A DNA stretch of 63,813 nt, filler included, from Octopus bimaculoides (GCF_001194135.2; 6 parts of 5 records of this genome joined end to end with filler, not necessarily neighbours in it), one strand, 5' to 3'. Shown: positions 12,749 to 25,700, counted from the whole stretch's first letter. The notes: generated by a model not told the origin, from the sequence alone. Made by a program: numbers and translations.

Positions 12749-13269
12749 ATTGGCGTGAATTGATTTTTCACAAAGACTACGAAGCTGACACGGACAATGT
12801 TTATGAGGAGTAGATGACGATGGAAGCGCCTCAATTTGGTCGCAGCGAACTATAGCTTAAAAGGGAAAATTTGAGGTTCTGTCTTAAAGGAGGAAGAGGG
12901 TAATTACATCTATAAATGTTTAGTGGTAACAACATTTTTCAACTAAACTGTAAATGTGGTGACTTCGCAGAATTATTCTTAGAGCTTCGGAGATGAACCT
13001 GCGCCTAGCCGTGTGTTACAACTTAAAACAATTACTGGCCAATGTATTCCACTGAACTTAGGTAAATAAACCTTCGAACAGATAGTCAGTAGCGACATCT
13101 GCCTGGTTCGTCTGCTCTGCATTGATACGGGGCAAATACCCTGACACTAGTCTGTAGATGCTAGACCAGCAAGGACACAGGTTCGTTTGTCACATAGCTA
13201 GCTAGAGGCGATGGCCTCTTGGAGCTAATCTAACGGCAGCATTTTGCCCGAAGTGCTTCGAGCTGGTCA

Positions 13270-13450
13270 AATCCTTGTGAGTGGATCTGGTAGGCGGAAA
13301 GTGTGTGTGTGTGTGTGTGTGACCACCGCCTACAAGCTGGTTGATATGTTTAATATCCCCGTAAATTAGCAGTTCATCAGAAACAAGATCGTTAGAATAA
13401 GCACCAGGCTTAACAACAGAAGTACTGAGATCGAATCATTCGATCTAAGT
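13270..13450 (+). mobile_element. SINE family B 3' fragment
   Basis: ccttgtgagtggatctggtaggcggaa...gttagaataagcaccaggct resembles 17200-17375. Confidence 0.55.
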
Positions 13451-13653
13451 TTCTAATCTCTCTCTTTATCACTTTTCACATTACCTGAGTTATACGTTGT
13501 CATTCTCGATTTTAAAAAGGAGCGGACTAACTACTATTGCCCAAGTATTGGCTACATATTACACATATTTGGTTTTGTTTCGAGCACCACCCTTACCTCG
13601 TCCTCTTGGAGAACCTTCCCTCGCATTCCCTATTTTATTACTTTTATCATCTT

Positions 13654-13720
13654 AAGGCAGCGATCTCGCAGAATCGTTAGCACTCCGAGCAAAATGCTTG
13701 GCGGCATTTAGTCTGCCATG
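13654..13720 (+). mobile_element. SINE family A 5' fragment
   Basis: aaggcagcgatctcgcagaatcgttagcactccg. Confidence 0.6.
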
Positions 13721-13749
13721 AATGTTGTGAGAAAAGAGGTTGAAAATGG

Positions 13750-14000
13750 CAAGACTGTATTAGAATGCGAGAGGGTAATGAAAAAAGTGATACCAGTGGT
13801 GATCGGAGCGTTGGGCTCAATCCCATTGAAAATTCAAGACTTCTTAATGCAACTGGAAATCCCATGCAAGATTGATGTCTTGCAAAAAGCGGCCTTATTG
13901 GGCACAGCTCACATCTGAAGGAAAGTAATATCTGTCTGAGATCCTTGTTGTGACTTGACAGATGACTAAAGACTCCGGTGCATTTTTACCTACACTGTTA
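13750..14000 (+). mobile_element. R4/Dong-type LINE 3' end
   Basis: VIPVVIGALGSIP...LQKAALLGTAHI*RKVISV*; same subfamily as 9170-9420; ends in (AAT)n. Confidence 0.8.
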
Positions 14001-14004
14001 CGAA

Positions 14005-14026
14005 GGAATAATAATAATAATAATAA

Positions 14027-14113
<87 letters not shown>

Positions 14114-14125
14114 TGATGATGATGG
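14005..14125. repeat. (AAT)n/(AAC)n/(GAT)n microsatellite
   Basis: Seen directly. Confidence 0.95.
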
Positions 14126-14751
14126 TGATAATATCATCAATATTACTATTACTATGGATATTATTATAACTACCACCATCACATTATTCATCATCATCGT
14201 CATCATAATTACCATCACCATTAGCATTACTTTTTCCATGCTGTTCTTCCTCCTTTACATACACGTGACTGATATGCATGGCTTCACTAATACTCCATGA
14301 ATCATAAGCGTCAGCCACGCTAACGAATATCCACGCAAATGATTCCACCAATTCATTTATCAAACAAGAAGGAAAAAGAAAGGTGTTGGCTAAAAAAGAG
14401 ATGGTCTGACAAAGTAGCCGGAAGATAGGGACTTTTATCAGGTGTTTCCTGTGAGAAAGACATCAAAGCTTGGAACGCTGTGATAATGAGGGCCATCAAT
14501 CTTTGAAACATAACACATTCGTAGCATTGCCACTAGTAAAGAAACGAATATGAAAGTATCAGGAATATACATCGCTTTGAAATGCACAGCTAAACTGTGT
14601 AAAAAAAATCTACAAAGTAAACACATGAAATCCTGCGTTGCAGTTATATTTACTTTCATTCTCCAAACACCAGTTTGTATTTTACCAATAAATAATATAC
14701 GTATATGTACGTATGCATGTATCCTTGTCTGTATGCGTATATATATATCTA

Positions 14752-14787
<36 letters not shown>

Positions 14788-14808
14788 TGTGTGTGTGTTA
14801 CATCTACC

Positions 14809-14840
<32 letters not shown>

Positions 14841-15669
14841 TTTATGTATATGTATATGTTGGTATGTATGTTTATATATATATATATATATATANNNNNN
14901 NNNNNNNNNNNNNNNNNNNNNNNNNNNNNNNNNNNNNNNNNNNNNNNNNNNNNNNNNNNNNNNNNNNNNNNNNNNNNNNNNNNNNNNNNNNNNNNNNNNN
15001 NNNNNNNNNNNNNNNNNNNNNNNNNNNNNNNNNNNNNNNNNNNNNNNNNNNNNNNNNNNNNNNNNNNNNNNNNNNNNNNNNNNNNNNNNNNNNNNNNNNN
15101 NNNNNNNNNNNNNNNNNNNNNNNNNNNNNNNNNNNNNNNNNNNNNNNNNNNNNNNNNNNNNNNNNNNNNNNNNNNNNNNNNNNNNNNNNNNNNNNNNNNN
15201 NNNNNNNNNNNNNNNNNNNNNNNNNNNNNNNNNNNNNNNNNNNNNNNNNNNNNNNNNNNNNNNNNNNNNNNNNNNNNNNNNNNNNNNNNNNNNNNNNNNN
15301 NNNNNNNNNNNNNTATATATATATATATATATATACATATGTATGTGTATATGTATATATATACATATACACATACATACATATATATTATACAGAGGGC
15401 GGAAGGGAACGAGTAGATTTTTTCTCCATTGTTGGCTGTTGTTGCAGCCGTTTTCAGATTTCTTCTTCTTCTTCTTCTTCCTATTCATATTTTCCTTCAT
15501 CTATCTTTAACATCATCCTTAAAAACACCATCAACTGTTTATCTTATCATCACCAGCTTCTTTAAAATCTCTGAATGACGAATAGAAAACTCAATGTCGC
15601 AGACTAAATTCTTTAGATGTCTTCATTTCTACTTTATCTCCGTCGTTTGGCAGTAAGTAGATATATGCG

Positions 15670-15985
15670 TGGTGGAGGCGCGTGGTTTTGTGGTTAGGGT
15701 GTATGGCACACGACCTTACAGTCATGAGTTCAATTCCTAGCAACGCATGTTGCTCTTGTGGAAGACCTTTTATTTTGCGTCGCTCCTATCCAACCAGCTG
15801 GCAAAAGTGAGTTGTACCTGTATTTCGAAGGGCCAGTCTTGTCACACAGAAACTCCCTGAAAACTGCGTTGAGGGTACCGATGTTTGTAGAGTAGTCAGA
15901 CACATGCACGTTAGTTTCAGAAGCAGTCTGTTCCATTGATTGGATCAACTGGACCACTTGTTGTTGTAACCAACGGAATGCCAGA
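15670..15985 (+). mobile_element. tRNA-derived SINE family D
   Basis: ggcgcgtggttttgtggttaggg...gagttcaattcct head; tail gattggatcaactggacc...gtaacc shared with family C. Confidence 0.7.
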
Positions 15986-16151
15986 CATGTATTATTTGGG
16001 TTCTGAGTTCAATTCATTACTAATTTTGCTTAATATTATATTCATACGATACTTATTTGTCAACTGCTTTGTTCAATATAATCGATGTACCCTCCCCGCC
16101 GATATTTGTAGACGCCTTGCTATATTAGATATCATTATTATTGAAATTGTA

Positions 16152-16365
16152 AAGGCATCGGTCTGACAGAACCGTTAGCATGTCGGGCGAAATGCTTCGT
16201 GGTATTTCGTCTGCCGTTACGTTCTGACTTCAAATTTTGCCGAGGTCGACTTTGCCTTTCATCATTTCGGGGTCGATATATTAAGTACCAGTTAAGTAAT
16301 GGAGTCGATGTATTCGACTATCCCGCCTCCCCAAAATTTCGGGCCTTGTAGCTAGAGTAGAAAAG
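16152..16365 (+). mobile_element. SINE family A (tail type 1)
   Basis: Similarity to the other copies. Confidence 0.85.
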
Positions 16366-16844
16366 AATATGAGAAGCATGCGGTAGCCATAGTAGAACTT
16401 CCCAAATGAGGCTTCAATAGCATTTTTGCCAAATTCATGTTGTGGGAACTTAACTCGATAGTTAAGGTCCAAAACCTAGACACGCTGAAGTACAAGGGTT
16501 GATGTAACCGACTATCCCGCCTCCCCAAAATTTTAGGCCTTGTGCCTATAGTAGAAAGGATTATTTTAATCATCTTGCGACATCGCTAATACTTGTATCC
16601 CCTGTTTTATTCTATTTTCACTTTTTTCAGTGATCTGGTTATATTGTTTCGTAGCAGTTTTGTCCCATCAGGTTTGTACTTTTCCGATTCCTTTAAAATC
16701 AATAAATCAAAGTTATTCCCTCCAAGCTATGTACTAATAGCCTTATCATTTGCATAATTAAATCAAAATACGTTGTTTTTACTTCTTTTTTTCATTTTGG
16801 TCTCCGTTCTTAGCAAGCTTATATGCAAATCTGGATTTTCACTG

Positions 16845-17020
16845 TACCGTTAGCAGGGCGAAATGCTTAGTGGTATTTGGTCTGCCACTACGTTCTCAGT
16901 TGAACTTCCGCCGAGGTCGACTTTGCTTTTCTTCCTTTGGGGGGTTGATAAATTAAGTACCACTTGCATACAGGGGTTAATCTAATCGACTGGCCTTGTG
17001 CCTACATTAGAAAGGATTAT
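16845..17020 (+). mobile_element. SINE family A
   Basis: Similarity to the other copies; ends gattattatt. Confidence 0.8.
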
Positions 17021-17099
17021 TATTGAAGGCAATTTAAAGCTTGGGAGAGACAAAAATCAGGTGTTTAACTATCTGCTTTGCTTTGGGTTTCCATAGATA

Positions 17100-17375
17100 C
17101 AGGAATGGCTGTGTGGTAAGAAGTTTGCTTCCCAACCACATGATTCCAGTTTTGCTCCCATTACGTCAAGCGTCTTCTACTTTAGCCTCGGGTCGACCAA
17201 AGTGAGTGAATTTGGTAGACGGAAGCTTAAAGAAACCAGTCGTATGTGAGTGTGTATGTCTTTGTGTTTTTTGCGTCTGTGTTTATATCCCGGTAACTTA
17301 GCGGTTCGACAAAGAGGCCGAAAGTATAAGTATCAGGCTAACAAGCTCTGGTATCGATTCATTCGACTAAAATTC
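17100..17375 (+). mobile_element. SINE family B
   Basis: aggaatggctgtgtggtaagaagtttgcttcccaacc head. Confidence 0.75.
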
Positions 17376-18039
17376 GTCAATGTAGAAAGGGTTGGATCCC
17401 CTTTAAACCAGTTCAGCAGGTTTATAATTTGAGCTTTAATATAAACGTCTCTCGTCATTTTTGTCCAATGGTTGCGTTTTTGCGTTTCTAGCTTATATCA
17501 ATCAAATATCTAACTTTGTTACTCTGCAGATGTTCAAACGTTTTTGTCATAATTTATAAATATATATTATTTTACAATTTCTTTAACTATTGTATCTCCC
17601 AATCATTTTCCAACCGATGCTAGTCAATTTATAATAGTTATCTATTACATTAAGCACAATTTCTGTCTGTGTTTGCGTTTACTATAATTCATCATTATCA
17701 GTTTTGAGTTAATAGTCTCTAAATACTGTTTCCAGCTTAGTAACTTTATCTCCCAAGTTCATTTCATTTAGCAACTTGCTGTCTGCAGTATTTTATCAAT
17801 TGCAATTCCCTTTATCTATTCTTGTTTATATATTTATTTATATACATATGTAAAAAAAAAGTTGTCTTCAATCAGATTTTGCGCAAATTCGAGGTTGTTT
17901 TTTCATCAGTAACTATGTTTGTTTAATTATTTAGCGTACTTAATTACAGATTAGAAAGAGCCCGCTATAGGTTAGGAAATTATTATGTGAATAAAAACTA
18001 AATGGATTTCATATCAAGGCAGGAAGTAAGGCGTTGACG

Positions 18040-18220
18040 TAGACGCTGCGTTAGCCCGTCGGACGAAATGCCTACGGGCATTTCCTCCGCCTTTACGTCT
18101 AAGATCAAATTCAGCCGAGGTCAACTTGGCGTTTCATTTTTTTCGTGGTAGATACAATAATTACCAGTTGAACCCCTCTCCCGAAATTGCAGGATATGTG
18201 TCAAAATGTGAAACCAAAAT
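18040..18220 (+). mobile_element. Degenerate SINE family A
   Basis: gcgttagcccgtcggacgaaatg...tcaaattcagccgaggtcaac. Confidence 0.65.
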
Positions 18221-18407
18221 CACGACAAGAAAGACTTAGTCTGTGCCTCTATTGAGATATACTATAACTTCTTTTCTCTATTTTTCAATGGGTTAAAACA
18301 TATATTTATGAAAAACGGGGAAACTGTTAACAATGCATAAAGTAAGCCGCCCCAAAGTTCGAGGCTCAGTTTATTAAGAAGAAGAAGGGTCTCAATTTAT
18401 TAAGAAT

Positions 18408-18580
18408 AAGGAGCGAGCTGGCTGAAGCGTTGGCAGGCCGGGCGAAATGCTTTGCGGTATTTCGTGTCTTTACGTTCTTAGTTCAAATTCCGCCGAGGTT
18501 TACTTTGCCTTTCATCCTTTCGGGGTCGATTAAATAAGTACCAGTTACGCATTGGGGTCGATATAATCGATTTAATCTGT
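18408..18580 (+). mobile_element. SINE family A
   Basis: aaggagcgagctggctgaagcgttggcagg... Confidence 0.85.
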
Positions 18581-18594
18581 TTGGAGGAAATATT

Positions 18595-18751
18595 TGTTTA
18601 AAATTTTGACACAAGGCCAGCAATTTTAGGGAGAGAGAAGACTTGATTACATTGACCACAGCGCTCAACTGGTGTTTATTTTCTCGACGACAAAAGGATA
18701 GAAAGCCAAGTCTACAACGGCGGAATTTGAATTCTTCCAGTTCGCCACCTT
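18595..18751 (-). mobile_element. SINE family A, internally deleted, inverted relative to its neighbour
   Basis: Minus strand aaggtggcgaactggaagaa fused to ttcaaattccgcc...ggccttgtgtcaaaatt. Confidence 0.7.
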
Positions 18752-19169
18752 ACAGTGAGTAATTATTGATAATTAGCATTAGATCTTTATCACTGAAATA
18801 TAGAAATGCAGAAGTTACTGAAACAGCGAAACAGAAAAAGAAATCAAGATTAAAAATAAGATGTTACATAATATATGGAGGAAAAAAAGAAAAATTCATA
18901 TGTCCAACTCATAAGAAGCTCCGTGATATTTCAACGTGAAGAATGCAGCTTATGGAAATGGAAACTGGAAACAAAGAGAATCGCTAATTACAGCCGCTTT
19001 GGAACAAATCATTACAATCAATTTGATAATGATTAAATATGGATAATATGCAGTAGAATTGCAAACGCAGAATGTGTGGAAATTTGGACAAAAGTATTAA
19101 ACTTCTACTATTCATGTTTAGTAATCTAGTAAAAAAACAATAGAACGAGTAAACCTTAGCGGTATTTTC

Positions 19170-19535
19170 GTTTTGGGATTTGGTTTGCAATATTTTTTAT
19201 GTGAGTTCGTGTGTTTAAGCATATTATGTTGTGTCTGGGGAGAGTCATTCTCTTTTGGTACCTTATAATTTAACACAATCACCGGTAAAATTTCCACTTA
19301 TGTCGTTTGTATTTTTCTAAAATTTTCTTTGCGTCTTGCAACCTTTTCAATAGTTTTATTTCTATTTATTGGTCCATATAAATAATTTTGGTGTTTATAT
19401 ATTGAAATGGTTGCAAGACGCAACGAAAATTTTAGAAAAATAAAAATAGAAATAAGTGGAAATTTTAACGGTGATTGTGTTAAATTATAAGGTACTAAAA
19501 GAGAATGATTCTCCCCAGACACAACAGAATATAGC
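19170..19535. mobile_element. Foldback/MITE-like palindromic element
   Basis: Arms tgttgtgtctggggagagtcattctcttt...ttgcgtcttgcaacc and ggttgcaagacgcaa...aaagagaatgattctccccagacacaaca are reverse complements. Confidence 0.8.
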
Positions 19536-21123
19536 GGGGGTATTCTATTGAAAGACATATCATTGCTATTATGCAAAAGTGCCGTAAGTCCAAAACGTTG
19601 CTTTTTCAGAAAACGAAAAAAATAGTTTCACCATTCCATAGTAAAACCGCTGTTCTACACTTTGACAATTTTTGATATCTTGGCATCTGAAGCAGCTGGA
19701 GATACGATAGTTTGACCAAAAGAACCGGCGATTGCAAGCAAAAATAAATTTTGAAAAAAAAACGCATTTGGCCAAATTTGGGCATACGTCAGTTTAACAT
19801 AATAGCAACGATATCTCGAATTGCAGTCACCAAGAACAGGAAGTAAAATATACTTGAACGTCAAATTTCTCCCAGTAGTCTTCAGTGTTAATATATATGA
19901 ATGCTTACTAGAAACGCTATGACTAAACAACTTCCGCTGCTATAATTAGGTTTGTCACATTCGTGAAGACAGGATATAGAATAACTGATGTAAGTGAATC
20001 GATATCGAGATCGATTGTGTTTATTCCAGTGGTTCGATCAATGCAACGCTTAATTATTGAATTATAGAAAACTTAGAGTGATTGGGTACCGCACAGTCAC
20101 GTGTACAATTAACGTTATCCTCGGGAACAATGTGTGTGATACAATATATGGCAAGGCTAGTCGTTTGCACTGCCCGCACGTGGGCATCTAGTGGACTTCC
20201 ACATAAATCGACTCCGTAGTTTCACTCCAAACACCGAGGTAAACCCGAGGCTTTTGCAACGAAAGTACTTGCCCAAGAGTCTACACTGAGGAACTCACGA
20301 CATCGAGAACATAAAAAGAACTTTATAACCACTTACAAGTTTCAACGTCTTTAACAGTTGTGTAACGCTTTTCCCTTTGCACTTAATTCCACTGAATATT
20401 GTTGTAAAAGTTTTGTAACAGCCGTAAACAATATTACACAACATCATAATGCTAAGAGGTTTTTAAAAAGGATTGTAACCGGTTTGATAAGTCTTTATAA
20501 ACAGCAAAAATATTTATATGGAACTATAAATAGAAATAGACGGGTACAATGAAGAGGGGAAATAATACAATATTATGCAATGTTCTGTTATGTAAAGATA
20601 TTGACACAATAAATTTGTACAAAATCAGGCCTGGAAATAGCGATGATTGAATCAACAGAGCATGATTCATTTATTCCGGTATGAGTGAAAACGAAACTAT
20701 TATCGATAGATGACTGTAGTACACAAAATAAAACTAGATATTGAGTATTAGTTAATTGTTATTATTTCATTAATTACATACTCCAATTTTAATATCATAA
20801 CTTTCAGTAAGAACAATTTGAAGACACTTGATGGAAAGTAGAGAATGAGGACTTCTATACAGGACACAAGCCATACAGAAATTAATGACGGAGTGGATAT
20901 ATTTTTGGTGGTCGATAAGAGAAACGACAACATAAGAAATATGAAGGGGTTGTCATAACCTAACCATAGAGAATGAATAAATTGTTATGAACTGTTTAAT
21001 AAACATGCATTTTTCTAGTAGGAAGGACTTGGTGCATTTTTAGTATTGTATTCTACGACCCGTCGTTACGTGTCCACTTAGATTATAAACTGTTTAACAA
21101 ACAAGCAATTTTCTAGTAAGCAA

Positions 21124-21300
21124 AAGCGGCGAGATGGCAGAAACGTTAGCACATCAGGCGAAATGCTTAGCGGTATTTCGTCTGCCGTTACGTTCTGAGT
21201 TCAAATTCCGCCGAGGTCGACTTTGAAATTTATCATTTCGGTGTCGATTAAATAAGTACCAGTTCCGTACTGTAGTCGAGCTAATCGACTGCCCCATCCT
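21124..21300 (+). mobile_element. SINE family A
   Basis: gcggcgagatggcagaaacgttagcac... Confidence 0.85.
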
Positions 21301-21344
21301 CATTCTTTTACTCCCTTCCTCTATGTTGTCATCTCATTAATACA

Positions 21345-21570
21345 TTTTTCTACACTTTTCGTTGCGTCTTGCAACATTTACAATAGTTTTGACTATTGAA
21401 AAGTTTCCAATTCGCAACGAAAATTGTAAAAAAATAAAGGAAGTGGAAATTTTACCGGTGAGTGTGTTAAATTATAAGACGCTAAAACAGAATGACTCTT
21501 CCTAGACAAAACAGTATCTGCTTTAACACACGAACTCACATAAAGAGTCTTACAAACCAAATTCAAAAGC
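21345..21570. mobile_element. Second, partial copy of the 19170-19535 foldback element
   Basis: ttcgttgcgtcttgcaac...gtggaaattttaccggtgagtgtgttaaattataag...acacacgaactcacataaa. Confidence 0.75.
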
Positions 21571-22036
21571 GACATATATATATATATACATACATATATA
21601 TATTTATATATATGTATGTATGTATATATACATATATATGTACATATATAACAAGCGTCATGTACTAATACGAAGAATTAGAAACAAACCTGGCGTCCTA
21701 AATACATCAGCAGCCGTAGAATTATCGGTAGTTCCATTATGAAACGACAAATCTTCTTTCTTATATTCATGTTACACTTCTCTTTTACTGTAGTGTATCA
21801 TTCAACTCTCTCTTTTTCCTAATTCTTGCTGTTAAAAGGTATGCCGTTATTTTTCTTCTAAAATAAAAAGTGAAAAACACAAAGGAAATGAAGAATGACA
21901 GTGACACAAAATTTAATTGATTTTTCGGTAAAGAACTAAATTTAAGTAAACATCTTCTTGTAGTTGTTAACGTTTTTAGCTTCTTTTTATATAGTTTTTT
22001 TTTCTCCAGGCAGTGTGGATTGCAAAACATGGTATA

Positions 22037-22124
22037 GGCGCTGGCATAACTGTGTGGTTATGAAGCTCGCTTGGCAACGACGCTGTTTCGAGTTCAATCC
22101 CATTGCGCAATGTCTTGAAGTCGC

Positions 22125-22173
<49 letters not shown>

Positions 22174-22362
22174 TGTGTATGTGTGTGTTTGCGTTTGTCC
22201 TCCTTTAACGCTGAACAACTGATGTTGATTTGCTTACGTCCTTGTAACTTACCGGTTCGGCAAAAGAGCCTGATAGAATACGACCAGAGCTAACAATAAG
22301 CACTGGATGCGATTTGGTCCGGCAAACACTTCGAAGCCACCCCCCAGCATGGCCACAGTCCC
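22037..22362 (+). mobile_element. SINE family B with internal (TG)n
   Basis: ggcgctggcataactgtgtggtt...gagttcaatccc head; tail cagcatggccacagtcc. Confidence 0.7.
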
Positions 22363-22539
22363 AAAAAAGAAGATAGATCAAAAGAAATATTATAAAACCG
22401 CTTTGAGAATAACGTGATTACATAAATATTTGGAATCAGAATCACATTGTCACGTGTTGCATTATTACCCTACTATTTTAAAACAGCGAGAAATGATTAG
22501 ACGACGTTTTCGACTGCCGTCTTTAGTAGATTAAAATGT

Positions 22540-22915
22540 GGCGGTGCAATGGCCCAGTGGTTAGGGCAGCGGACTTGCGGTCGTAGGATCGCGGTTTTGA
22601 TTCCCAGACCGAGCGTTGTGACTCTTTATTGGAGCGAAAACACCTAAAGCTGCACGGGGCTCCGGCAGGGGATGACGGCGAATTCTGCTGTATTCTTTCA
22701 CCACAACTTTCTCTCACTCTTTCTTCCAGTTTCTGTTGTACCTGTATTTCTAAGGCGCCAGCCTTGTTACACACTGTGTCACACTGAATCTTCCCGAGAA
22801 CTACGTTAAGAATACATGTGTCTGTGAAATGCTCGGCCACTTGCACGTTAATTTCACGAGCAGGCTGTTCCGTTCATCGGATCAACTGGAACACTCGTCG
22901 TCTTAATCGACTGAG
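22540..22915 (+). mobile_element. tRNA-derived SINE family C, near full length
   Basis: A-box-like tggcccagtgg and B-box-like ggttttgattcc, then an extended body and ggatcaactggaac tail. Confidence 0.8.
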
Positions 22916-22919
22916 TCTT

Positions 22920-22996
<77 letters not shown>

Positions 22997-22999
22997 CCA

Positions 23000-23480
23000 C
23001 ATGGCTCCAGCAGTGGGTGGTGGCGAACCTGCTGTATTCTTTCGCCACAACTTTCTTTCCCGCTTTCTTCCTGTTTCTGTTGTACCTGTATTTGACGGGG
23101 CCAGTCTTGTCACACTCTGTGTCACGCTGAATCTCCCCCAGAACTACTTTAAGGGTACATGTGTCTTATTTCTTTATTGTCCACAAGGGGCTAAACATAG
23201 AGGGGGACAAACAAGGACAGACAAAGGGATTATGTCGATTACATCGACCGCAGTGCGTAACTGGTACTTAATTTATCGACAGGATGAAAGGCAAAGTCGG
23301 CGAAATTTGAACTCAGAACGTAACGGCAGATGTAATACCGCTAAGCATTTCGCCCGGCGTGCTAACGATTCTGCCAGCTCGCCGCCTTGTGGAGTGCTCA
23401 GGCACTTGCACCTTAATTTCACGGGCAGACTGTTCCGTTGATCGGATCAACTGGAACCCTCGTCGTAACCGACAGAGTAC
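23000..23480 (+). mobile_element. SINE family C body split by a family A insertion
   Basis: ...gggtacatgtgtc | insert | gtggagtgctcagg... is contiguous in the 22540 copy. Confidence 0.75.
23166..23389 (-). mobile_element. SINE family A (tail type 2), full length, nested
   Basis: Reverse complement of ggcggcgagctggcagaatcgttagc...gtggacaataaagaaataa. Confidence 0.9.
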
Positions 23481-23924
23481 CACCAGATCTAACTACCATT
23501 TACATCCACTATTTTGGTTTCAAAACTGATCGATTAAGTAGTTTAATATGGTGTCATTGGTGCCTTAGTATACGCTATCACACTGGGAAAGAAGGTATGT
23601 GAAGCTTCAGAAAAAGTTTATCTCTTAATATCTGTGTTATAGAGATAGACTAGCGACGTGTCTAGACACGGTATCGCATTAGCTTACTGTCTTGGATATG
23701 ACGATAACTGAAATACCTATTAATCTTACTGTCTAATTTTTTTGTGCTTCAGGTGACGACTTAAATCGTATTTAATCAGTTTTATAAATATCATCGCATG
23801 CGTACATATACATATACATACACGCGCACACACATACATACACACACACACACACAAACACACACAAACACATACTTATATAATTATATTTCTATTCGTC
23901 AAATTTGGCGTGTGTGTGTACATA

Positions 23925-23969
<45 letters not shown>

Positions 23970-24092
23970 CTGACAAATATATACAGAATTCATGTAAAGT
24001 ATTGCAAATACACTTTTTAATTAGCTCGAAACACACGCGCACACTTATATATCTAATATTTGCATATACGTATGTATTTACACACACACACA

Positions 24093-24136
<44 letters not shown>

Positions 24137-24139
24137 CAT

Positions 24140-24610
24140 AAGGCTAACTTTGCCCCTAACCCTAAATGCAGGCTGATAAACCTGGCGAAATTTGAGATCG
24201 GACAGGTGAGCAAACAGTTCATCAGGAAGATCAGTAGCAACGGCGGTGTTAGCAACGCCTCTGAGCTCACCCCATGGCGAAACACCAACGAAGTCATTAC
24301 ATGATATAAGGCCAACAGGTGTAGGGGTAGACCTAGGTTTATCGAATTTGATGAGTGGACTTCTAGCCATCTATATCAAGGGACCTCCTGTTAAAGGCAC
24401 TGAACTTCGCATTACGATGCACGCAAGAAGAACCCTACTCTTCAGTAAGGGACCAAAGCACCGACCCAGATGGCTCTTTCGACGTGCTAATATGTACTTT
24501 TTATAATGCAATGCGCATGTATGTGACCTAGTGGCTCTCTTCATCCTAGATATACTAAAACAGAAATTCCCTTCAACCAGCTTTGGTCCCTACAGGGACG
24601 ACGCGCTGGT
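24140..24610 (+). mobile_element. Penelope-like element RT fragment
   Basis: KANFAPNPKCRLINLAKFEIGQVSK, WRNTNEVI, FIEFD, MHARRTLLF, VCDLVALFILD...FGPYRDDAL. Confidence 0.8.
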
Positions 24611-25059
24611 TAATTCATCTATACATTGAGGTAAATTATGTTTATTAATCTGGTTAAGGATTAGTGAAATTCATTCCCGCTGTATTGTGCGAAAGTGCAT
24701 TTATAAGCATGCAAACATTTTGACAGTCTTTCAGAAATCCTATTAATGATCTTCTCATTGGTCCACAAAATAGACATCCTCCGTTTCCTAGGAAGTATAT
24801 GGTACGGTTGTACGTGTCTTATTATGGACAAGATTAGATCATATTTAATCTTATCCTCACCAAAGATGCCGAATGCATTCTGTTGATTTTCTTACACCTA
24901 GTGCCATTGTTTCGATAACGGTTCTTGAACGAATCAGCCTTCACCTCAATGTAAATGTACTGTCTCCCACTTGTGTGTTTACTGATCAATAAATTTTCCC
25001 GTATCTTTCATCTTTCGTCTCTCTCTCTCTCTCATATATATACACACACTTTTACACTT

Positions 25060-25700
25060 TTACTCGTTTCAGCCATGTGGCTGTGGTGTTGCTGGAGCAC
25101 CACCGTGGTCTTCTTGATTTCCTCAGTCTGAGGTGTTTCACATCACCACTCCTGTATGTACCTTTGTCGCAACTGTTGGCCCATTTGGTGTATAAGGGAG
25201 TTTTATTCATTTGCCCTCGTCTGTACCTCATGTCAGACTGTTGGTTCATCGGTATTGTGGAGAGGAGGATGTTTAGTTCCTTTTTGAAGACATTTACTTC
25301 CACCTTATGCAGATTTCTTAATTTTTGTGGCAGGGCATTGAAGAGCTGTGGGCCTTTGAACCCTAGACAATCGCAGTACCTGGTCTTGAACTTAGATGGA
25401 ATGGATGATACCTTTGGTACAGCACAATGGCGGCCAATTCTGGCATTTGTATAACACTCAATGCAGCAATTAGGAACTAGCCCTTCTAAATTATTACATA
25501 TCTGTCGTGCATTCGCTCCAGAAAATAAAGTTGCAGTTTTCTCAGCCTATCCCTGTAGCTCATCCGCTGCACTGTTTGAATCATTTTAGTGTAGTGGCAT
25601 TGGACTGCTTCAAGCTCCACCGGCTGGTGTATGTCGTTTTAGTATCCTCTCCATTGTTTTAGAGGCCATATAAATTAAGGGTAAACCAGTTTTTACCTCC
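25060..25700 (-). mobile_element. CR1-like LINE RT C-terminus and 3' end
   Basis: ELEAVQCHYTKMI, SYRDRLRKLQLYFLER, GRHCAVP, FKGPQLFNALP...FKKELNILLSTIP. Confidence 0.8.

Noticed and set aside
22540-22612. tRNA-like sequence with A and B boxes
   Set aside because: It continues directly into a SINE body and has no clean cloverleaf; a SINE head, not a tRNA gene
572-23389. Recurrent conserved ~200-nt units as a possible CRISPR-like or regulatory array
   Set aside because: Dispersed, in both orientations, variably truncated and tRNA-headed: SINEs
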